Part shown: positions 46,891 to 57,051 of the stretch, piece by piece
Layout: each line of letters starts with the position of its first letter
How positions within the stretch are numbered: the first letter of the stretch is position 1
From: a virus
DNA: 64,000 nucleotides
Reading direction: 5' to 3' (one strand)
IMG/VR virus record: IMGVR_UViG_3300027733_000033
The notes under the pieces: model-generated
Database searches by the model: none
What the model saw: the letters and a program-made list of their open reading frames with translations, nothing else
What the model was told of the DNA's origin: nothing
Made by a program: the position numbers and the translations under genes

Positions 46891-46968
46891 AAATAAAACT
46901 TTACTTTTTAGACCAATGAGACTATAATAGCCTAGTCGGGCGTGAATTGAGGTTAAGCGGCTAAAATA
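46891..46968 (+). repeat. class-2 promoter element, inverted, between gp15 and gp18
   Basis: AAATAAAACTTTACT...TATAATAGCCTAGTCGGGCGTGAATTGAGGTTAAGCGGCTAAAATA. Confidence 0.85.
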
Positions 46969-47682
46969 TTATACCCCAAAGTTAAATGTCCATTGGTCTT
47001 GAGTTAATGTTCCTGGAACTGTAGCCGCCGTTTGATAGTTTCCATTTACATCAGGTAGATTAGCCGTTACATGTCTAATCAATTTAGATCTTGTTATTTC
47101 ACCAAATAAATTAACTTTAAGCGTAAAAGAAAATGTGTGAATTATAGATCGTCTTGTTCTAAAATCTGATTCATAATCATCTTCTACTGACACCCCGTTT
47201 AAAACTAAAGGCACATCATTGATGATATTCATATCTGGAACAGCATCAATCGTAATTGTATAATGCGGAGTAAACATTGGCAGTATTTGTTCCATCACCA
47301 TCAACCCGTCTTCAACATTTTTAGTTTGTAGATAAAGGTTAATATCAATATTATATGGAACAGGTGAAAACTGTGTATTCGCTTCAGTAGGCGTAGCGCT
47401 AGATGCTATCTTTTGCATCGAATTAACCTTTCTACTTGAATCGTACGAATAATTAGTTATTTCAAACCCAAATCTAGGCATCGTAGTTAACGTATGATTG
47501 GTCAAATTTGGGTCTTGTTCAATTCTAGTAAGCCATTTCTGTTTGCTAGAATATGCTATAGGTATGTTAATAGTTTGTCCGACTGTACCATCAGTATTTA
47601 GCCTTTCAATTTGAAATTGAGAAAACAAGCTACCGAAAACTGTAATAGTCTTTTTGATTATACCGGCGTAATGTGGTGTCAT
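46969..47682 (-). CDS. 15: tail sheath stabilizer / terminator
   Basis: FGSLF, PIAY..KQKWL.R, PR.GFE..YDSSRK, PVPYNI, EQILP.F.P. Confidence 0.93.
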   Translation of the reverse strand: MTPHYAGIIKKTITVFGSLFSQFQIERLNTDGTVGQTINIPIAYSSKQKWLTRIEQDPNLTNHTLTTMPRFGFEITNYSYDSSRKVNSMQKIASSATPTEANTQFSPVPYNIDINLYLQTKNVEDGLMVMEQILPMFTPHYTITIDAVPDMNIINDVPLVLNGVSVEDDYESDFRTRRSIIHTFSFTLKVNLFGEITRSKLIRHVTANLPDVNGNYQTAATVPGTLTQDQWTFNFGV

Positions 47683-48338
47683 TAAAATTCCCCAAAAATA
47701 TTAGTTTCGTCGAATTTAATTGTAGAAGCCTTAGTTTGGAATTTGCTATTATCACCAAATGAATCCTGATCGTCAGTATCTGTATTGATATCAATATCAA
47801 ATGATTTTAAGGTTTCAAACACATCAATATCAACTTCACCTGTATTAATTTTTTCTGAAGAATACTGGAATAATTCAACGGTAAGCTTATACACATAAAG
47901 TCTGCCAATTTGATAAAATGGATCTTGATGTGCAACAAATTTAATTTCAAACAAACCGCCCGTTAAAGGAAAATACAGCAAATCTCCTTCAGCTGGTCTT
48001 TCAGGTAGGATAGTTGTCCCGTATGCCCCAACTAAATCTAACCATTCTTTTCTTGCTACGGTAAGCGTAGCAGACTGATCCATAGTTAAACCAAATTTAG
48101 ACATAAACGCGCCCTGTCCTTCGAACGAGTCTATGTTCTCAAAATAAGTCACTATAGGGTATGAATTGTTAAATTGAGATAGGGTATCTTCCCCTAAAAT
48201 ATCATCAACACCAACCAATGTTCTAGGAATATAAAACATTTCCTGTCCATAAATATTGATTGTTTCTATGATTATACTTTCATAAAGGTTTTGTTCTGAT
48301 GTAGATTTACCAAAATTAAAATATTGGTTGCGTGGCAT
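47682..48338 (-). CDS. 14: neck protein
   Basis: EQNLYE..IIE.I.IYG..MFYIPR, SKFG, RP.EGDLLYFP, FYQIG, ELFQYSSE. Confidence 0.94.
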   Translation of the reverse strand: MPRNQYFNFGKSTSEQNLYESIIIETINIYGQEMFYIPRTLVGVDDILGEDTLSQFNNSYPIVTYFENIDSFEGQGAFMSKFGLTMDQSATLTVARKEWLDLVGAYGTTILPERPAEGDLLYFPLTGGLFEIKFVAHQDPFYQIGRLYVYKLTVELFQYSSEKINTGEVDIDVFETLKSFDIDINTDTDDQDSFGDNSKFQTKASTIKFDETNIFGEF

Positions 48339-48348
48339 AATTTAATCC

Positions 48349-49077
48349 TTAACCAATAAACATATCTAATAAGCCAGATTCATTAGCCGCTTGTTGTTCT
48401 AATGCGGAAATCTCAGAAACGGCTGTATCATACATTGATTGTCCGTCAATAGTAACCCCACCTGGAAGAGAAACGCCGTTGTATTTGCTTAGGTTTTGAC
48501 CCCATTGCATTTTGAATTTGGCAACCACATAAGCCTTTAACCAAACGTCATCATACATTTTAGTTTCTAATTCAGGATCTATAGCCTGATAACAATCAAC
48601 AATAATGTAATGAAATGGTGATAATTTATCCCAATTCATATCGATGTACAGTTTACCGTTATTTTTATTGAATCTCAACTGATTTTGTCCAGATAACAAT
48701 GTGTCTAACATCTGAAGATGATTCATTGTCATTTGGTAATCTGTAATATTTGAATTGTGTAAATTCGCAATCATATCCATACGGAACTGCGTTTCATAAT
48801 TCAAAATTGAGTTAGACGAATTTGCGTTTAAAGAAAAAACTCGAGTTATACCGCGTATGTCGTCAGGCAACTGAATATATTTGTTTGTCATATTAGTGCT
48901 AGTGATAAGATGCTTAAGATACATCTTTTCCACACCATCATAATGATACATGTTATAATATGCTATGGCGTCATCAAGTCTATCTTCTAATTGCTCATCT
49001 GCCACATTGACTTCAATAACAGGAGCGCCTAACGCTCTTAATGCGTACTGTTTTAATTGTTCTCTTGAACGAATCAT
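48349..49077 (-). CDS. 13: neck protein
   Basis: LRALGAPVIEVNV.DEQ.EDR, QWGQNLSKY.G..LPGGVT.DG. Confidence 0.94.
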   Translation of the reverse strand: MIRSREQLKQYALRALGAPVIEVNVADEQLEDRLDDAIAYYNMYHYDGVEKMYLKHLITSTNMTNKYIQLPDDIRGITRVFSLNANSSNSILNYETQFRMDMIANLHNSNITDYQMTMNHLQMLDTLLSGQNQLRFNKNNGKLYIDMNWDKLSPFHYIIVDCYQAIDPELETKMYDDVWLKAYVVAKFKMQWGQNLSKYNGVSLPGGVTIDGQSMYDTAVSEISALEQQAANESGLLDMFIG

Positions 49078-49124
49078 ATTTTACCTATTTGAAGTTGGCT
49101 TTGGTATATTATATTTAGTGAAAT

Positions 49125-49160
49125 AAAAAACCCTGTCAACCAGTTAAGATTGACAGGGTT
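49125..49160 (-). terminator. terminator upstream of the gp13 late promoter (CACTAAATA ~49112-49120)
   Basis: AACCCTGTCAA/TTGACAGGGTT IR plus T-run. Confidence 0.8.
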
Positions 49161-49181
49161 AGCACAACAATTCAATATGAT

Positions 49182-49373
49182 TTATTTGTTACAGTGAATT
49201 TCTATTGAGTTTGGTTCTAATGTTTTTGCTACTTTTTCACGCAAAGTAATTCTAGCAAACTCTGGTGCTTTACAGTAATCCGTTACCGCCGCGCTGATTA
49301 AAGTTTCCGTTTCAACCAAAGCCGCACATCCTGTTAACATAAGGGTAAGCGCCGCCAATAATACTAATTTCAT
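49182..49373 (-). CDS. small lipoprotein (possible o-spanin)
   Basis: Lipobox LTGC; spanin role is inference. Confidence 0.6.
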   Translation of the reverse strand: MKLVLLAALTLMLTGCAALVETETLISAAVTDYCKAPEFARITLREKVAKTLEPNSIEIHCNK

Positions 49374-50083
49374 AATTTCTCCAAGTTTTTAATGTAGTTT
49401 TTCATTTCATGATTAACGAAAAAATTGACCTTTCCTTTCTTTAATCCCAAAATAGTTCCTTTGATTTTGTCTTTAACCATTTGAAAGACAGTCATATCAG
49501 TTAAGTCACCGTTATGATCAAAATAATTTAATTCACCATGATGATAGTATGGGAATATTGGATTTCTAGGTACAATATCAGCATTATTAACCCAACGATG
49601 ATGCTCAATATTTAATGTGTTTAAGAAATTGATATAGGTATAATTCCCAACTCTTGGTGAACCAAAGGTATATAGGACTGGATTTGGCATATCAGGAAAT
49701 CTGTGGCAACGACCAGCAATAAGAGTAGCCATAGCCGCGCCTAACGAATGTCCTGTAAGATACACTTTTCTGTTAGGGTATTTGAGGAATAATTTAGATA
49801 AGTCATCCCAAATATTATCTACAGATGCTTTAAAGCCGTGATGGACTTTACCTATACCGGAACTGCTAGGAACTAATCTGAATCTAATATCCGCGATAAT
49901 ATCTTCAAGTTTAGTAGGTTGAGTTCCTCTACAAACAACAATAATTGTATCAATGTTAAAAAGAAAATAAGCCTGCGAGCCGTTTTTATCCAAAAATATG
50001 GTATTCCAATCTTGGAATTTGTAATCATCAGTGTAAGCTAATTCACTGAATTTTGCCATCATTAACGGCGTAATCATTTTCAC
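49370..50083 (-). CDS. class-3 lipase (alpha/beta hydrolase)
   Basis: RGT, VHHGF, TGHSLGAAMA, TFGSPRVG, DIVP motifs. Confidence 0.92.
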   Translation of the reverse strand: MKMITPLMMAKFSELAYTDDYKFQDWNTIFLDKNGSQAYFLFNIDTIIVVCRGTQPTKLEDIIADIRFRLVPSSSGIGKVHHGFKASVDNIWDDLSKLFLKYPNRKVYLTGHSLGAAMATLIAGRCHRFPDMPNPVLYTFGSPRVGNYTYINFLNTLNIEHHRWVNNADIVPRNPIFPYYHHGELNYFDHNGDLTDMTVFQMVKDKIKGTILGLKKGKVNFFVNHEMKNYIKNLEKL

Positions 50084-50086
50084 CTC

Positions 50087-50392
50087 CTATAAGCGTTTTC
50101 TTACAGTCACCTGTATAACATCTTTACATGTAACAATTTTTGTATTAGCATCTGTTATGACAACATCAAACGACATTGATGGAGGTTCCAACTCACCGAC
50201 ATCAAAATTATATTGGACGATACCAGCAGGTGCATCTAAAATAATCATATTTTTTAATTTTGTGACTTTAGCCTTAGTCACCCATCTAATTTTTACCGTT
50301 GAGCCGGTTAAGTCTATTGGTGCAGAAGAAACAGTATCAATACATTTTACTTGAATCGCAGACCCTGTATCTCCTTCGACGAAATTATACAT
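50087..50392 (-). CDS. BppU-N-like virion protein
   Basis: GDT.......PIDLTG.TV.....DAPAG.VQY pattern. Confidence 0.6.
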   Translation of the reverse strand: MYNFVEGDTGSAIQVKCIDTVSSAPIDLTGSTVKIRWVTKAKVTKLKNMIILDAPAGIVQYNFDVGELEPPSMSFDVVITDANTKIVTCKDVIQVTVRKRL

Positions 50393-51645
50393 TATTTCAA
50401 CCCTTTCGCATTTAGTTTGTTAGTGAATTCAGAAATCGTAGATTCTTCAGTCGTAACAGAATCTGTAGATTTGATAACATTTGTAAATTTATTATTCGCA
50501 TTAATAGTTTTACCCGCGTTGACCATCGTTTTATCAACATCAGTAAATTTGGCTTTATGATAAATTGCTTGGCTAAAGTTAGATGTCGTATAATCAAATT
50601 TGGTAAATTTCTCATTAGACGAAATAACCGGTAAGAACGTAGACTCAACACTTTCAATAGCACTAAATTCGCTGCTTGGATACAAGAATTTAGTGAAACT
50701 AATATCAGCATAATCTGTTTCAGTAAACGCCCTTGATGTATAGAGCACAGATAATTCAGATTTGAAGTGGTCTAAATTACCTAATTCAACAAATATGTTA
50801 TTGCTTCTTAATGGTAATGCCGCCGCGCCCGTAACACTTGAAACGTTAGACCCAAATTGTATGCCAGATATATCTGCTGTATAGACAACGAACACGTCTG
50901 ATATTTCAGTTTTAATTGTGTTAGATGTTAATCCAAATCCTATAGATGTTAAAATAGATTGGATATCAGAAGATAGGCTATTAGATTCTACAGATTTATA
51001 GGTAACGGAAGATAAATTTTCAACTGAAGAAGCTGCTGTGTAACCAGAAACATTAACGGTTGAATCTGATGAAACACCGAATGATTCTAATCCAGAATAG
51101 GTTACTATTGATGGGAGAACGTTTGATAAGCTTTTATCTAATGTGCCAACATAAGAACTAAAATAATTTGACTGAATTGGCGCCAGATTATTTGGATTTA
51201 GATTAGCCAGATTTGACTGTATAGAGTTAAACCGTAAATTAGATAAAACTGAACTGTATGAAGCAAAGGCATTATTTTCAGACGCAATAGAATTAGTTTG
51301 TAATAATTTGCGTGTATTTGAATAAACGGAGTTGATGCTTGTTGAACCATAAACGCCGGTTAAAATATCATTTGAATCTAAACGAATAGCAACAGACCCT
51401 ATGTTTGTTATTGTTGTTGTGTTACTAAGGGTAAGCGTGTTAAATTTATTTGATATTGAATTTACAAATGGTGTTATTGATAATGAAGATAGGTTATTAT
51501 ATGGAGCCAATACATTATTGACAGCATTTATTGAACCAGACGTGACAACATAGGCATCTGGTTCAATATAGTTTGCTTCAACGTAATATTCCCAACTGTC
51601 CAGATATTTAAAAACATTAGATAATGCTATGGTAATATCTGACAT
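50392..51645 (-). CDS. Ser/Thr-rich virion structural protein
   Basis: Composition and operon context. Confidence 0.55.
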   Translation of the reverse strand: MSDITIALSNVFKYLDSWEYYVEANYIEPDAYVVTSGSINAVNNVLAPYNNLSSLSITPFVNSISNKFNTLTLSNTTTITNIGSVAIRLDSNDILTGVYGSTSINSVYSNTRKLLQTNSIASENNAFASYSSVLSNLRFNSIQSNLANLNPNNLAPIQSNYFSSYVGTLDKSLSNVLPSIVTYSGLESFGVSSDSTVNVSGYTAASSVENLSSVTYKSVESNSLSSDIQSILTSIGFGLTSNTIKTEISDVFVVYTADISGIQFGSNVSSVTGAAALPLRSNNIFVELGNLDHFKSELSVLYTSRAFTETDYADISFTKFLYPSSEFSAIESVESTFLPVISSNEKFTKFDYTTSNFSQAIYHKAKFTDVDKTMVNAGKTINANNKFTNVIKSTDSVTTEESTISEFTNKLNAKGLK

Positions 51646-51652
51646 AGGCGTA

Positions 51653-52111
51653 TTAGGTTAATCTTAAAAGACCAGTAACATTATCGTTAACAGGCATTGT
51701 TAGTGTAAATGTTCCAGCCGTTACAATTTGATTACCAAATGTATGAACTGAAACCGCGTTTTTACCGCTTGACGTGTAATTATAAATTAGGACAGTATCA
51801 AACGGAGTAGATAATGTAACATTAGAAAAGATAATTGATGCTGTCGGCGTAACGTAAGCGACGCCATTTGTCACCAACGGTGCAGTATTAAATTCAACAG
51901 CAACACCACCGGCAGTATAACCTGTTCCAGTAACTTCACCAGTTGATGTGTATGCTGTAGTTGATGCATTAATAGTAGCAGTCGATAAATAAAGCGCCGC
52001 GTAAAAAGTATCTTTTGCTGTTGACGCCCTTACTACACTTGGACCAAACGCATGAATGCCGTTCAGTAAATCCTTTTTAAATGTGTTACACATCGCTTGT
52101 GTATTAGCCAT
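51653..52111 (-). CDS. conserved virion structural protein
   Basis: FKKDLL.G.H.F....F.AALY...Y...GEV.GTGYTAGG...TAGTFT..MP. Confidence 0.7.
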   Translation of the reverse strand: MANTQAMCNTFKKDLLNGIHAFGPSVVRASTAKDTFYAALYLSTATINASTTAYTSTGEVTGTGYTAGGVAVEFNTAPLVTNGVAYVTPTASIIFSNVTLSTPFDTVLIYNYTSSGKNAVSVHTFGNQIVTAGTFTLTMPVNDNVTGLLRLT

Positions 52112-52497
52112 TAGAAATTCCCTATTTCTGACGATGTTGTTATAGGCTTAATTGCAACATCAGTATCTAATCTAACAACTTCACCATGTAACACATATTC
52201 AGTAAGAATAGACACAGTGCCATCTCCCTCAATACGATTAATGGTTTTAGTTAAAAGAGATTCTTCAACATCACCTTTTGTTGTATATATTAATGCCATA
52301 ATTTACTCAAAAGACATTCCGATAGAAACATATTCATGTTTGGAAAACTCTGGGACTTCAGAAATTGTTCCTACAATTCCAGTTTCTACATCAATATACT
52401 TTTGTACTATAATAGAGTCAATTTCTTCTTGGGTTAACCCTTGATAAAAATGTGAACAATTTGGTAATTTGTCTGATAATTTTAGTGTTGCCATAGT

Positions 52498-53502
52498 TTA
52501 GCTCCAGAATTGGATTAATATTTTGGTTGGTGTTTTATCTGTTTGTTGCCATCCAGGTGGTAATGCTGAGTAAATTTTTACTATTCTCATACCAGTAAAC
52601 GGCACAGTTGAATATTCGGAATTTAGTTTTGTCAATATATTAGCAAGGTATGATGTATTCATACCTGATCCATAATTGAATGTAGTTGTAAACTTGTAAT
52701 CTGTTAATGATATGATTACAGGTGCTTTAATTGTCGATGTTCCACCAAATATAGTTTGGAGTTCTTGTATTTTGCTAAAAGGACTCGACGCCTTTATAGT
52801 TGAGGTTTTGAACAGTTCTGTATCACGATAAAACTTAACGGATAACACTTCGCCTGGACCACAAAAACTAAACGCAATTTTATCCAGTGGAGTATTTAGT
52901 GATGTATACCTGACATTACCAAAAACTGGTAATGTCATACCAAAAAATGCACTTCGCATAATATCTATAGATGGATTATCGCCGAATACGTATGGATACT
53001 TTATAAAACTTACTAATTTTGGTATTATAGGAAACGTTGTTTTGAACAATTCTGTATTCAGGTAAAACTTAACAGATATTATCTTTGGTGTGTATAATAT
53101 AGCACCAACATCAAATCTAAGTTTACTATTATTCAAAATTGTGAATAATTTTTGTGTACTTAACCCAGCATACTTATAAATGTTGTTTATGGCATTATTG
53201 GTAAATACTTTTGCCGGTTGTATAGCCGTAAAATTGTTGGTTGTTGCTATAGAATAGCTTGATGACAATATTGTAGTTTTCACAAATGAATGCTCAAATA
53301 TAAGCATTGTCGCAAATCTAACAAAAGTCGTAATATTTTTTGGAGATTGTATGCTTGTTATTCTATTGGAAGTCGCAATACTATAACTTCCAATTTTCAT
53401 AGGGTTTAATGGTGATATCCCACGAGTTAACGATCCAATAGCCGCTGAGCGGCTACCGAATCCAAAAATATAACTTCCTGTTACATCAACCAGCGTTATC
53501 AT
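52498..53502 (-). CDS. virion-associated protein with internal repeats
   Basis: SYSIAT.N..T.IQ x2, SVKFY..TELFKT x2; ends IQFWS. Confidence 0.5.
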   Translation of the reverse strand: MITLVDVTGSYIFGFGSRSAAIGSLTRGISPLNPMKIGSYSIATSNRITSIQSPKNITTFVRFATMLIFEHSFVKTTILSSSYSIATTNNFTAIQPAKVFTNNAINNIYKYAGLSTQKLFTILNNSKLRFDVGAILYTPKIISVKFYLNTELFKTTFPIIPKLVSFIKYPYVFGDNPSIDIMRSAFFGMTLPVFGNVRYTSLNTPLDKIAFSFCGPGEVLSVKFYRDTELFKTSTIKASSPFSKIQELQTIFGGTSTIKAPVIISLTDYKFTTTFNYGSGMNTSYLANILTKLNSEYSTVPFTGMRIVKIYSALPPGWQQTDKTPTKILIQFWS

Positions 53503-55703
53503 GCAGGCATTGCTATTTGAGCAAGGTTAATTACACCAGTTGGGTTTCCTCCAACTGAAAGCCCACCATTTACATTGCTGTAAACTTTTAATCCAGTATC
53601 AACTGATACGTAAATTCTCGAACCATCAAAATATGCTAAACAGTTTGTTGTAGCAAATGTGTTGGTTGTTCCTTGGTCTATCATTAACACAGGAGCGGTC
53701 AATGAAGTTGTTATACCTTTACCAACCGAAGTTATGAACCAGTTATTAGCAACAACAGAATTTCTAGGTATCATAACTATCGACCCTTGACATTTAAACG
53801 CGGTTAATGCTACGTTTGATGTCAATGCTGATGCTGTACTAACTGAAGTTGCACTAATTAATGCGCCAGTTCTTGTATTGAATTGAGTTTGATAAATTGC
53901 ACCTGATGATACTGCTTGCCATGAAATAGCATTATTGCCATCTAGTATTTGCAAGTTTACATTAACAGGAATACCAGCTGTTGCAAGAGCTATAAACAGG
54001 GTAGGTGCAGTGCCGTTGTATGGAATTTTGATAATTCTGAAACTTGCTGCAGCTACTGGAATTGGAGTCGCTAAGAAGTTACCTTCAAAATCAGGTTTAA
54101 TATCACGAACAATTTGAGTTTCAGCCGATGGTAATGCAGGGCAAGTAACCGTTGCTGTTGTAGCAGGAGTAATTGCTGATAATGTACCAGTTGAAGCTTG
54201 AGTATTAAATCTGTAAAAGATTGGTGTATTTGATGCTGCAGCTGGTGAGCATATAATAGTACCACCGCTGATACCAATTGATCCATAACCAACGGAACTG
54301 TATGTTACTAAAGTTGTATCATCAGCAGTATCTAAACGCGATAACGAGATACCTACTGTACTTGATGTAAAATACACATAACGCTCACCATCAAATTCAA
54401 TATCAGTATAACCGCCGCCCGAAGCAACTGTACTTACCGTTTTTGTGTCAAGTCTAAATCTAACAACCGAAGCACCACCTGCTAAAATAGCATAAATTGC
54501 TGTTCCTGTATAACATACTGCATCAGGTCGTCCACCAAATGCATATACCTCGTTAGTCCACGAGGTATTAGCAAACCACGATGTATTATCTGTACTTGCT
54601 GTTTTATGGTGGCAATTCAATAACCAATGAGATCTATCAGTACCGGTTGCAGACGCATTACCATCAGAATCACAAGGTATAGTAATCTTGTTCATGTTTT
54701 GGCCAATAGGAGCCAAAACTTTTAACCCATAAATTTGACCATAGTTTGTTATTGTACCTGCATAATCATATATTGGTTTGATTGGCAAAGTTAATCTTCG
54801 TGTAGAATCCCAACCATTTGATATGAATTTATTTGCACCATTGCCCAAATACCAAATGAAAGCATTTACTGTAGTAGATAACCAGTTTGGCATAAATGTT
54901 GCACCATAGTCACCACCCCAGTTTTTAGCAGCATTGATACTAGTATTACCATTACGAACTCTAGGCATGCTTATAAGCGTATAGTCGCCAGCATTCAATG
55001 GTTTACCAGAACCTCCAGCAGTTTGAGCGCCCAATGTCCATAATGTAGATGATACCCAACCCCAGCAAGGATAATTTGCTGTTGTTGTATCCATAACATC
55101 TTCACGTTGAGTTTCAAAAATGCCTGCCCACATTGATGGTTCATTATTGATATATGAGTGAATGACACCCCAGCGTGGAGAGAAATTAACGATAAAATCA
55201 CATGAAGTTAAATTGAAAGCGACTGGTGCACTATCCATATAGGTATATGCTTCATTTACACCAGTATGACTTGATACAGCGGCAGGAGATGCTGCTGCAT
55301 AGTTAACTGGGTTGTCCCAATATTCAAAGCAAGTAATGTTGGCTGTTAATCGTTTTAGATTGTATCTAATAACGGCATTTTTATATGTCACTGCATCTTT
55401 GTTAATACATCTAAAAACTTGAGTATAAATTGGTGATTGTGTTCCGGTCGTATTATCTTGACCACCCCAGAATGAATCAAATAGTGTCCATCCGCTATCG
55501 GTTTGAGCAGTTACGCCAGATGCAGCAGTAAATGTGACGCCACCTAATGCTCCTGCACTTCCTGGTGTAGTATCGGTAATAGCATCAGCAATTGTATTTG
55601 CGAATGTCATAAATGTAGTTAAATTCCCAGCACCTGAGGTAGGTGTAAATTGGGTTGATACTTGTACAGTTGATGTACCTATGTATTTGGCTGAAATTGT
55701 CAT
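53499..55703 (-). CDS. large beta-rich virion/fibre-associated protein
   Basis: 734 aa, Thr/Ser/Ala/Gly-rich, in tail accessory operon. Confidence 0.6.
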   Translation of the reverse strand: MTISAKYIGTSTVQVSTQFTPTSGAGNLTTFMTFANTIADAITDTTPGSAGALGGVTFTAASGVTAQTDSGWTLFDSFWGGQDNTTGTQSPIYTQVFRCINKDAVTYKNAVIRYNLKRLTANITCFEYWDNPVNYAAASPAAVSSHTGVNEAYTYMDSAPVAFNLTSCDFIVNFSPRWGVIHSYINNEPSMWAGIFETQREDVMDTTTANYPCWGWVSSTLWTLGAQTAGGSGKPLNAGDYTLISMPRVRNGNTSINAAKNWGGDYGATFMPNWLSTTVNAFIWYLGNGANKFISNGWDSTRRLTLPIKPIYDYAGTITNYGQIYGLKVLAPIGQNMNKITIPCDSDGNASATGTDRSHWLLNCHHKTASTDNTSWFANTSWTNEVYAFGGRPDAVCYTGTAIYAILAGGASVVRFRLDTKTVSTVASGGGYTDIEFDGERYVYFTSSTVGISLSRLDTADDTTLVTYSSVGYGSIGISGGTIICSPAAASNTPIFYRFNTQASTGTLSAITPATTATVTCPALPSAETQIVRDIKPDFEGNFLATPIPVAAASFRIIKIPYNGTAPTLFIALATAGIPVNVNLQILDGNNAISWQAVSSGAIYQTQFNTRTGALISATSVSTASALTSNVALTAFKCQGSIVMIPRNSVVANNWFITSVGKGITTSLTAPVLMIDQGTTNTFATTNCLAYFDGSRIYVSVDTGLKVYSNVNGGLSVGGNPTGVINLAQIAMPA

Positions 55704-56083
55704 GAATATACCAATGTTATGTTTAAGTTAGATCCACCAGTAGCAGAAATGATGTCCATAGTTATAAAATCTTCCGTTGTCAGCTGTACGTTAACAGAAA
55801 CAGAATTTGATTTATGTTGAGTTGATGTTAAGGTAAGGTAAGATCCTAAAATACTACTGCCATTCTTTTTTATATTTATTTGAATATTATCAGATGACAC
55901 TACACCAATAGTAGCAAAAACACTTAAAATTGTAATTGGTTTATCTGGATACCATCTAGCAGTTCCATAGGTAGGTTCTAGTTGACCAAAAAAATTTAAA
56001 GTTTTAGTTTGAGTTATACCAGAAAGAGTATCAGTATCTTTTAATTGACGGAGTCTTCCATCTTCTATAACTATAGGGCGCAT
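55700..56083 (-). CDS. virion accessory protein
   Basis: Beta-sandwich-like INIKKNG.S...DFITMDI pattern. Confidence 0.5.
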   Translation of the reverse strand: MRPIVIEDGRLRQLKDTDTLSGITQTKTLNFFGQLEPTYGTARWYPDKPITILSVFATIGVVSSDNIQINIKKNGSSILGSYLTLTSTQHKSNSVSVNVQLTTEDFITMDIISATGGSNLNITLVYS

Positions 56084-56084
56084 A

Positions 56085-56597
56085 TTATGCTAATTCAACT
56101 GGATCAGCAAATTCAACATTAATCGTAGTTGCGCTGGTTGCAACCCCTACTTTTTGAACAACGTTACCAGTTGTTGATGGAGGAGTGCTAGTAAATCCTC
56201 CTGGAGTTGTACTTAAAAATACGTTTCCAGCGGTAGCGCCCGTAACAGTATTATTCGATCCTTCAAAATATACAGTCGCAGTTGACGGATGAGTAAATGA
56301 TGATAAAACAAATCCATGTGCTTCTTTACCAACAGTTGTGGCATCTGCTAAACGAACAGCAGGCGAACCTGAGTTATTCCAAATGTTAACAAATTTACCC
56401 GCGCTTAATGATTCACTGGTAGCAATAGCCGCTGTATCAGCACCAATACCAACAGGAAGAAAAGATGAATCTAATCTTCCGCTAACGTCTAACGCCGGTA
56501 ATTTACCCGCGTCGCCTGCACCAGCAGAAGTCTGTACTCCACCATCAATCAATTTATGATTTCCGGCAGATAATGTAACAAATTTTTGAATAGCCAT
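56085..56597 (-). CDS. decoration/cement-like protein
   Basis: ESLSAG.FV, A.GFV, FLSTTPG..T.TPP...GNVVQ.VGVA.SAT. Confidence 0.6.
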   Translation of the reverse strand: MAIQKFVTLSAGNHKLIDGGVQTSAGAGDAGKLPALDVSGRLDSSFLPVGIGADTAAIATSESLSAGKFVNIWNNSGSPAVRLADATTVGKEAHGFVLSSFTHPSTATVYFEGSNNTVTGATAGNVFLSTTPGGFTSTPPSTTGNVVQKVGVATSATTINVEFADPVELA

Positions 56598-56601
56598 ATG
56601 T

Positions 56602-57036
56602 TTACTCGATTAAAATAGGTTGAGATAAAGATATAATAAGTGTATCAGAAGAATACGCGACACCGATTTGTTGAGATATACCGGTAGAAACTGCTGTAAC
56701 AATATTGCCGTTGTTTCCCAAATAATAGGTTGTTCCTGCAACTAAACCAGAAAATCCATTTAGTGTTCCAGACGACATAACATTAGCAACATTACCAGAA
56801 GTCACAGCTTGAGTTGTTACACCTACTACTTTACCAATATGAGATGGTGTATCTTTATCAGCATATTGGCATCCTGTTGGAGTCATAATAACAACCCTGT
56901 TACCGCCTAAAGTTATAGCAGCTGTAATGGATAACGTTAAAGGCGCTTTGTTTGTATCTAAAAAATTAAAATTAGCATCCATCTCATTAGATGTGAGAGG
57001 AGAACCTTTTGCTGAACGTAATGTTACATTACCCAT
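56602..57036 (-). CDS. decoration/cement-like protein
   Basis: LR..KGSPLT..EMD.NF N-terminus; GL..G.TYYL...G...Q.IGVA. Confidence 0.6.
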   Translation of the reverse strand: MGNVTLRSAKGSPLTSNEMDANFNFLDTNKAPLTLSITAAITLGGNRVVIMTPTGCQYADKDTPSHIGKVVGVTTQAVTSGNVANVMSSGTLNGFSGLVAGTTYYLGNNGNIVTAVSTGISQQIGVAYSSDTLIISLSQPILIE

Positions 57037-57051
57037 ATTATAAACTCTATT

